Assembly (NCBI GenBank): GCA_041553075.1
Contig: JBFEJR010000013.1
Location: 4,567 to 68,566, forward strand
Reading direction: 5' to 3'
DNA: 64,000 bases
From: Woeseiaceae bacterium
Lineage (GTDB): Bacteria > Pseudomonadota > Gammaproteobacteria > Steroidobacterales > Woeseiaceae
Below the pieces are notes generated by a model. That model was not told the DNA's origin. It made no database searches and saw only the letters and a list, made by a program, of their open reading frames with translations. Every line of letters begins with the position of its first letter. Position 1 is the first letter of the stretch. A program made the translations under genes and the position numbers. Positions 58,609 to 64,000 of the stretch are shown here, one piece after another.

Positions 58609-59544
58609 TCAGCCCCAGAGATGGCGGTCCTTGGAGATGACCTGGGCGGACGAACCGACGATCAGCGGATCGGGCCCGTGCACGACGTGGGTGTCCTTGT
58701 CTGGGTAATCGAGCCCCGACAGGAAATGCTGCATGCAGTTGAGGCGTGCCCGTTTCTTGTCGTCCGACTTGACAATCGTCCAGGGCGCATCCGCGGTGTC
58801 GGTGTAGAAAAACATCGCCTCCTTGGCCTCGGTGTATTCGTCCCACTTGTCGCGCGACAACTGATCGATCGGGCTGAGTTTCCATTGCTTCAACGGGTCG
58901 TGAGTGCGCGCCTCGAAGCGGCGGAGCTGCTCCTCGTGGGTCACCGAGAACCAGTACTTGTACAGCTGGATCCCGGACCGGACCAGCATCCGCTCGAGTT
59001 CCGGCACTTCGCGCATGAACTCGAGGTATTCGAGCGAGTCGCAAAAACCCATGACGCGCTCGACGCCCGCGCGGTTGTACCAGGAGCGATCGAACAGCAC
59101 CATTTCCCCCTTGCTGGGCAGGTGCTTGATGTAGCGCTGGAAATACCACTGCCCGCGCTCGTGGTCGGTCGGTTTCTCGAGCGCCACGACGCGGGCCGCA
59201 CGCGGATTCAGGTGCTCCATGAAGCGCTTGATGGTCCCGCCCTTGCCGGCCGCATCCCGTCCCTCGAACAGGACCACGATCTTCTGGCCGGTCATCTTGA
59301 CCCAGTTCTGGACCTTGAGTAATTCGACCTGCAGTTCTTCCTTGTGCCGCTGGTAAACGGCACGCCGGATCTTGTTCTTGTACGGATACCGCCCCTCTCG
59401 AAAGAGCTGCTTGATCTTCTCCGGGCTGTGGCGCAATTCACCGTAAAGCTGCGCAGGATTGACGCGCTCCTGGGGCTCACTGTCCGCCGGCTTCTCGCCG
59501 ATCTCGACGACGGTCTCCTTCTGACTGGCTTTTGCGTCGGTCAT
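58609..59544 (-). CDS. ppk2: Polyphosphate kinase 2 (single-domain)
   Basis: Motifs ..ELQ.ELLK.Q.W......K.VVLFEGRDAAGKGGTIKR..E.LNPR...VVAL..PT..E...WYFQRY...LP..GE.V.FDRSWYNRAGVE.VMGF... The ATG at 59544 has AGGTGA 8 nt upstream. Confidence 0.92.
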   Translation of the reverse strand: MTDAKASQKETVVEIGEKPADSEPQERVNPAQLYGELRHSPEKIKQLFREGRYPYKNKIRRAVYQRHKEELQVELLKVQNWVKMTGQKIVVLFEGRDAAGKGGTIKRFMEHLNPRAARVVALEKPTDHERGQWYFQRYIKHLPSKGEMVLFDRSWYNRAGVERVMGFCDSLEYLEFMREVPELERMLVRSGIQLYKYWFSVTHEEQLRRFEARTHDPLKQWKLSPIDQLSRDKWDEYTEAKEAMFFYTDTADAPWTIVKSDDKKRARLNCMQHFLSGLDYPDKDTHVVHGPDPLIVGSSAQVISKDRHLWG

Positions 59545-59646
59545 CGTTACTTTCACCTGGGCCAAAATTATTTCGGTATTTTCCGCTTCTCTCGAACGAA
59601 TGAGAATACGCGAAAGTCACGATTGGCGCGATTTGGCGCTGGCCAC

Positions 59647-59671
59647 GAAAAAGGGGCCAACGGCCCCTTTC
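59647..59671 (-). terminator. Rho-independent terminator after the aldolase gene
   Basis: GGGGCC-aac-GGCCCC flanked by an A5 run on one side and TTT on the other. On the minus strand the stem is followed by TTTTTCGTGG. Confidence 0.7.
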
Positions 59672-59694
59672 TCATCGTCGATGTTGCGCCCCGG

Positions 59695-60585
59695 TCAGGT
59701 TTTCGAGGCCTTGAAGATGCTCGCAATCGATGCGTCGAGCGTCGCATTGAACTCCTCGTCCGACTGCTGGGCGCTCAGCCCCTCGGCCAGCGCACGCGAG
59801 AAGCTCGCCACCATGCCCTTCTGCCGCGACAGCCGCTCGTTGGCTTCCTCGCGCGAATAGCCGCCCGACAGGGCCACGACGCGCGCGACGTTTGGATGCG
59901 CGATGCAATCGGCATACAGGTTGTCTTTCTCGGGCAGCGTCAGCTTGAGCATCACGATCTCGTCGTCTTTCAGGCCGTTGAGCTGGTCCATGATGGCAGC
60001 GTGCAGAATCTCCTCCGCGCCTTCCTTGTCCGGGCAGTGGATATCCACTTCAGGCTCGATGATCGGGACCAGCCCGGCCGCAACGATCTGCCGGCCGATC
60101 TCGAACTGCTGGTCGACAACCGCCTTGATCCCGGCCGGGTTTGCCTCCTTGATAACGGAGCGCATCTTGGTGCCGAAGATACCGGCGGCCCTGGCTTTCT
60201 TGAGCAGCTTGTCGAGATCCGGCATCGGCTTCATCACCTGGGCACCGTCCACGAGGTCGGCCAGGCCCTTGTCGACCTTCAGGAACGGCACGACGTTCTT
60301 GACCTTCCACAGGTACGAAGCCGTCGACTGGCCTTCGACCTCGCGGTCCATCGTATTCTCGAACAGGATGGCGCCGAGGATACGATCGCCGTTGAACACG
60401 GGGCTCGTCATGATGCGCGAGCGCATCTCGTGGACGATCGTGAACATCTCCTCGTCATTCGACCAGGCGTCTTCGGTAATGCCGTAAAGCCCCAGCGCCT
60501 TGGGCGTGCTGCCGCCGCTCTGGTCGAGTGCGGCGATGAATCCGGGTGCGGTTTTGATCTTGGCGAGTTGTTCTGCGTTGCTCAC
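59695..60585 (-). CDS. Fructose-bisphosphate aldolase, class I
   Basis: MSNAEQL.KI....[20 protein letters not shown]....., ..ILFE.TM.., ..[10 protein letters not shown].., and ..IIEPEV.I... This is the bacterial class I (FdaB-like) pattern. The GTG start follows AGAGG. Confidence 0.9.
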   Translation of the reverse strand: MSNAEQLAKIKTAPGFIAALDQSGGSTPKALGLYGITEDAWSNDEEMFTIVHEMRSRIMTSPVFNGDRILGAILFENTMDREVEGQSTASYLWKVKNVVPFLKVDKGLADLVDGAQVMKPMPDLDKLLKKARAAGIFGTKMRSVIKEANPAGIKAVVDQQFEIGRQIVAAGLVPIIEPEVDIHCPDKEGAEEILHAAIMDQLNGLKDDEIVMLKLTLPEKDNLYADCIAHPNVARVVALSGGYSREEANERLSRQKGMVASFSRALAEGLSAQQSDEEFNATLDASIASIFKASKT

Positions 60586-60735
60586 GATAGCCTCTGTTCG
60601 GTTGATGTGGGAAATTCCGGAGGCCGGATTCTACCGCATTCCGCGGCAGAGTCGATGCCTCGTCCGTGCCGCGTCGCGCCACAGCGCCGACGTGGCAGCC
60701 GGGTAGCGCGCGGCACGCCGCGGGCCAACTCGAGG

Positions 60736-61089
60736 TCAGCCCCAGCCGAGCTCGTCGAGGCGCTCGTCGTCGATGCCGAAATAATGCGCGATTTCGTGCC
60801 CCAGCGTCCGGGCGATCTCCTCGCGGAGCGCCGCCGGTGCGAGGCCGAGCGCGAGGTGCGGTCGCCGGAAAATGTAGATAACGTCGGGCAGCTCCCCGGC
60901 ATAGTCGGCGCCGCGCTCGGGCAGCGGCAAGCCCACGTAGAGGCCGAGAAGCCCCTCGCCCTGCGGATCGAGCTCCTCGTCGGCCTCATCAAGGACCAGC
61001 ACCTCGATGTTGTCGAGGCTGTCGTGAACCCAGTCGGGCAGGCCCTGCATGGCCTCGTGGACGACGTCTTCGAATTCGGTGTGGTTCAT
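60736..61089 (-). CDS. Small zincin-like metallopeptidase family protein (DUF1025/Zincin_1-like)
   Basis: A 117-aa acidic protein with HEIAHYFG..DE.L..LG at the C-terminus. The family assignment is from memory. Confidence 0.72.
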   Translation of the reverse strand: MNHTEFEDVVHEAMQGLPDWVHDSLDNIEVLVLDEADEELDPQGEGLLGLYVGLPLPERGADYAGELPDVIYIFRRPHLALGLAPAALREEIARTLGHEIAHYFGIDDERLDELGWG

Positions 61090-61242
61090 GCTGATCTAAG
61101 TGAGCGCGCCGGAACCCGGGAGTGTATCGCAGTCTCGCCAGGCATACCCCCGCAGGGCGCGGGCTGGCGGGGACGCTGCGATTCCACTGACAGGCTTGCG
61201 CTACGGGGTTATTATTGCCGCTTTTCACCCGGGAATAGGCAC

Positions 61243-63630
61243 ATGACGTCAGCGCTCCGTCGTGCGGCGATTGCGATTGCAGTCGGGCCGCTCGTGTTTG
61301 GCCCGGCCAATGCGGACACCGTCGACGATACCGACACGGCCGCCCGGCCGATCGAGGATATCGTCGTCACGGCACGGCGCCGGGAAGAAAAACTGCAACA
61401 GGTCCCGATCTCCGTCACGGCGCTCGATGGCGCGAACCTCGAGGCGCGGCAGCTCTATGCGATGGACCAGCTGGGCGCCATCGTGCCGAACCTGCAGTTC
61501 GACCAGGCGGCGCCCTCGTCCGGGTCCAGTTCGGTCGGCCAGGTCTTCATCCGCGGCATCGGGCAGTCCGACTACACGCCGGTCACGGATCCCGGCGTCG
61601 CGATGTACGTGGACGGCATCTATATCGGCCGCTCGCCCGGCAACGTGCTCGACCTGATCGACGTGGAACGGGTCGAGGTCCTGCGCGGCCCCCAGGGAAC
61701 GCTGTTCGGCCGCAACTCCATCGGCGGCGCCATCAAGGTCCACAGTCGCCTGCCCAGCTTTACCGACAGCACGAGCCGCGTCGAGCTCAGGCTCGGTAAT
61801 GACGCCCTGCAAGCCCTCAACCTGCGCTGGAGCCTGCCCCTCAACGACGCGCTCGCGGCCAATGTCACGATTGACCGCTTGCAGCGCGACGGCTATGTCC
61901 GGCGCCTGTCCGATGGCAGGAAGACGGGCGACCGCGACCGCTGGTCCGCGCGCGCTGCCGTGCGCTGGGAGCCGACCGATGCCATCGCGGCGTCACTCGT
62001 CGTCGACTACACGAGCATCGACGAAAACGGCGCGCCGGTGGTTTCCGGCGGCGTTAACGACACGCAGCCTTTCGCGACGTTCGGCAATGCCGTGCTCGAG
62101 AGCTGTGACGCCGTCGCCATCAATCCGGCCTTCGATGGCACCCCGCAAAGCGGGCCGCCCACGTTTCCGCCGCCGGGCGCGGCGACAGGCAGTGCCCCCG
62201 GTTGCTACGGTGCGGATTCACGGCCGGGAGCGTTCGTCTCCGAAGGGACGTTCCCGATCGGATCCGAACTCGACATCGGCGGCGCCGCGCTGGTCGTGGA
62301 CTGGTCGGTCGGCGCGCTCTGGGGCGTCAAGTCGACCACCGGCTATCGCGAGATGACCATGCTGTCGTCCCGTGACGGCGACAACACGCCGGCCAATATC
62401 TTCGCGACGCGGGACGACTACGAACACGAGCAGTTCAGCCAGGAATTGCAGCTGCAGTTCACGAGCAGCGAACGCAGGCTGTCCGCCGTGCTGGGGCTTT
62501 TCTACTACGACGAATCCGGTTTCAACCTCGTGGATGTCACGGTACCGACCGGCGCGCTGCGGAGCGGCGGCTTTTACGACAACCAGTCCTACGCGGTGTT
62601 TGCCCATGGCGCCCTCGACCTCACCGACCGGCTCGTGTTGTCGATCGGTGCGCGGCACACCGAGGACCGCAAGGCCTACCTGCCGGACCAGTTCGCGCTC
62701 GGCGACGCCTCGGCGGGGTCGGCGCCCGGGTTCTTTCCGCCGACCTGGCCGGAACTCGAGGGCTTCTACCTCGCGCCGATCGGCCCGATGGCAGCCGGCG
62801 AACGCATCCTCGACCTGCGCCGCAGCGAATTGGACTTCGATGCAACGGATACGACCGTCGATCTGAGTTACCGCTTCACGGCGGACACCTTCGGCTACGT
62901 GACGTTCGCGACGGGATACAAGAGCGGCGGTTTCGACCAGCGTTTTGTCGGGCCGACGCCCGACCGCCTCCCGAGTTCGTACCGGCCGGAGTTCGTCGAC
63001 AGCCTCGAACTCGGCGTCAAGGCATCGATCCTCGACGGGCGGCTGCGACTGAACGTCGCGGTGTTCGATGCCGACTACGAGGACCTGCAGATCATTGTCC
63101 GCGAGTCGTTCAATCCGCTCACCGTGAACGCCGGCGACGCGCGTGTCCGGGGCGGCGAACTCGAACTCGATTGGCGGGCCACGGCCGACTGGGACATCGG
63201 CTTCTCGGCAGGTCGCATCGAGACGCAGTACCGGCGCCTGAATCAGCCCGCGCAGGACTCCGGTGTCCGCCTCGACAACCAGCTCGCGAACGCGCCTGCA
63301 TGGAGCGTGGCTGCCGGCACGGCGTACCAGCTGGACATCGGGCAGCTCGGGCAGGTCACGGCTCGCCTGGACTGGTCGTGGCAAGACGCCGAGTACCACG
63401 ACGCCGTCAACAGCCCGCAGATCCGGCAGTCGTCGTTTCATCTCGTCAACGCGTCGCTCGCATTCGTGCCGCGGGCCGGGGACTGGCAGCTCACCCTGGC
63501 GACCCGCAACCTGCTCGACGAGACCTACCTGGTTACCGGTAACTCCGCGTTCGAAACCGCGGCGGCCTACGTCGAACAGGTCTACGGCCGACCCAGGGAA
63601 TTCCTCCTGTCGCTGCGTTACGACTTCTAG
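61243..63630 (+). CDS. TonB-dependent outer-membrane receptor
   Basis: The ATG at 61243 lies inside the artefactually long ORF 59344..63630. Features are a signal peptide, a plug region ..IEDIVVTARRREEKLQ.VPISVTAL.. / ..VEVLRGPQGTLFGRNSIGGAI.., and a C-terminal beta-barrel ending ..LSLRYDF. Confidence 0.93.
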   Translation: MTSALRRAAIAIAVGPLVFGPANADTVDDTDTAARPIEDIVVTARRREEKLQQVPISVTALDGANLEARQLYAMDQLGAIVPNLQFDQAAPSSGSSSVGQVFIRGIGQSDYTPVTDPGVAMYVDGIYIGRSPGNVLDLIDVERVEVLRGPQGTLFGRNSIGGAIKVHSRLPSFTDSTSRVELRLGNDALQALNLRWSLPLNDALAANVTIDRLQRDGYVRRLSDGRKTGDRDRWSARAAVRWEPTDAIAASLVVDYTSIDENGAPVVSGGVNDTQPFATFGNAVLESCDAVAINPAFDGTPQSGPPTFPPPGAATGSAPGCYGADSRPGAFVSEGTFPIGSELDIGGAALVVDWSVGALWGVKSTTGYREMTMLSSRDGDNTPANIFATRDDYEHEQFSQELQLQFTSSERRLSAVLGLFYYDESGFNLVDVTVPTGALRSGGFYDNQSYAVFAHGALDLTDRLVLSIGARHTEDRKAYLPDQFALGDASAGSAPGFFPPTWPELEGFYLAPIGPMAAGERILDLRRSELDFDATDTTVDLSYRFTADTFGYVTFATGYKSGGFDQRFVGPTPDRLPSSYRPEFVDSLELGVKASILDGRLRLNVAVFDADYEDLQIIVRESFNPLTVNAGDARVRGGELELDWRATADWDIGFSAGRIETQYRRLNQPAQDSGVRLDNQLANAPAWSVAAGTAYQLDIGQLGQVTARLDWSWQDAEYHDAVNSPQIRQSSFHLVNASLAFVPRAGDWQLTLATRNLLDETYLVTGNSAFETAAAYVEQVYGRPREFLLSLRYDF

Positions 63631-63647
63631 TCGCGGCCCGGCCCCTG

Positions 63648-64000
63648 ATGACGAATTCGCCTGACAGCGCCCCCCCGGACGCGGCCACGGAGCCCGCCAA
63701 CGTCTGGCTGCTCGGCATACGCCCCCGGACGCTGACGATGGCGGCAGTCCCGGTCGCTGTCGGCGCCGTGTGCGCATGGGCGGGCGGCGCGAGCCCCGAC
63801 TGGCTCACCTTGATCGTGACGCTGTGCTGTGCCGTGCTGATCCAGATCGGCACGAACCTGTTCAACGACGCCAACGACGGGGAACGTGGCGCAGACGGCC
63901 CCGATCGCCTTGGGCCCGTGCGCATAACCGGGGCAGGATTGGCGCAGCCGCGGCAAGTGCGCCGCGCCGCGCAGGCCTGTTTTATCCTCGCGCTCGTCGC
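63648..64000 (+). CDS. menA: UbiA-family prenyltransferase, MenA-like (N-terminal part; runs off right edge)
   Basis: Translation ..WLLGIRPRTLTMAAVPV.VG......G......L.....C.VLIQIGTNLFNDANDGERGAD.PDRLGPVR.. resembles 1,4-dihydroxy-2-naphthoate polyprenyltransferase. The gene is truncated by the window edge. Confidence 0.75.
   Translation, partial: MTNSPDSAPPDAATEPANVWLLGIRPRTLTMAAVPVAVGAVCAWAGGASPDWLTLIVTLCCAVLIQIGTNLFNDANDGERGADGPDRLGPVRITGAGLAQPRQVRRAAQACFILALV

Noticed and set aside
59344-61242. N-terminal 630 codons of the 1428-aa ORF 59344..63630, which would create a giant fusion ahead of the TonB-dependent receptor.
   Set aside because: This part of the frame runs antisense through ppk2, the class I aldolase and the small zincin gene. 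The receptor has its own ATG at 61243, followed by a clear signal peptide and TonB plug.
61090-61242. Fur box or cobalamin/other riboswitch in the 153-nt leader of the TonB-dependent receptor.
   Set aside because: Only a weak TTATTATTG fragment is present, with no 19-bp Fur palindrome. I also saw no B12-box-like or other riboswitch core. Regulation remains unknown.

Overview
This is a very gene-dense, high-GC stretch of bacterial chromosome, roughly two-thirds G+C by eye, and it is almost entirely core housekeeping. I can support about 70 protein genes, one tRNA-Leu(GAG), a one-piece tmRNA (ssrA) and an SRP (4.5S) RNA.

Gene order from left to right:
- Start of the nuo operon on the minus strand (nuoE partial, then D, C, B, A; nuoC and nuoD are separate genes).
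- tRNA-Leu, then secG-tpiA-glmM-folP-ftsH-rlmE.
- yhbY, then greA-carB-carA.
- dapB-dnaJ-dnaK-grpE-hrcA, with two sigma-32-type promoters.
- nadK-recN, fur, bamE, ratB-ratA, an NSS-family Na+ symporter, and smpB-ssrA.
- metY, a DUF442-like lipoprotein, a large exported protein of unknown function, a saccharopine-dehydrogenase-like reductase, and DUF1684.
- typA-srkA and a GATase1 protein.
- A poorly characterised block at 36.8-45 kb: two coupled lipoproteins, an NlpC/P60 peptidase, an HExxH lipoprotein coupled to a Ycf46-like AAA+ ATPase, an FHA coiled-coil protein, small membrane proteins and DUF1232.
- prc, two orphan genes, DUF1249, ppsR/ppsA, a ygiM-like SH3 protein, DUF938, orn/rsgA, and a HIT protein.
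- recR-ybaB-dnaX-ffs, ppk2, a class I aldolase, a small zincin, a TonB-dependent receptor, and the start of a menA-like prenyltransferase.

The synteny (split nuoC/nuoD, recN-nadK-hrcA-grpE-dnaK-dnaJ, fur-bamE) suggests a Xanthomonadales/Nevskiales-like gammaproteobacterium. That placement is inference only.

I found no transposase, integrase, phage genes, reverse transcriptase, CRISPR array or recognisable defence system.

The points most worth a second look:
- The HExxH protein / AAA+ ATPase / FHA cluster.
- A 15-codon AT-rich mini-ORF that bridges carA and carB.
- Two isolated AT-rich spacers in an otherwise GC-rich window.
- Convergent genes abutting or overlapping almost everywhere, three times through a shared CTAG stop.

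Gene starts were chosen by hand from homology expectations and are approximate wherever non-ATG starts are involved.
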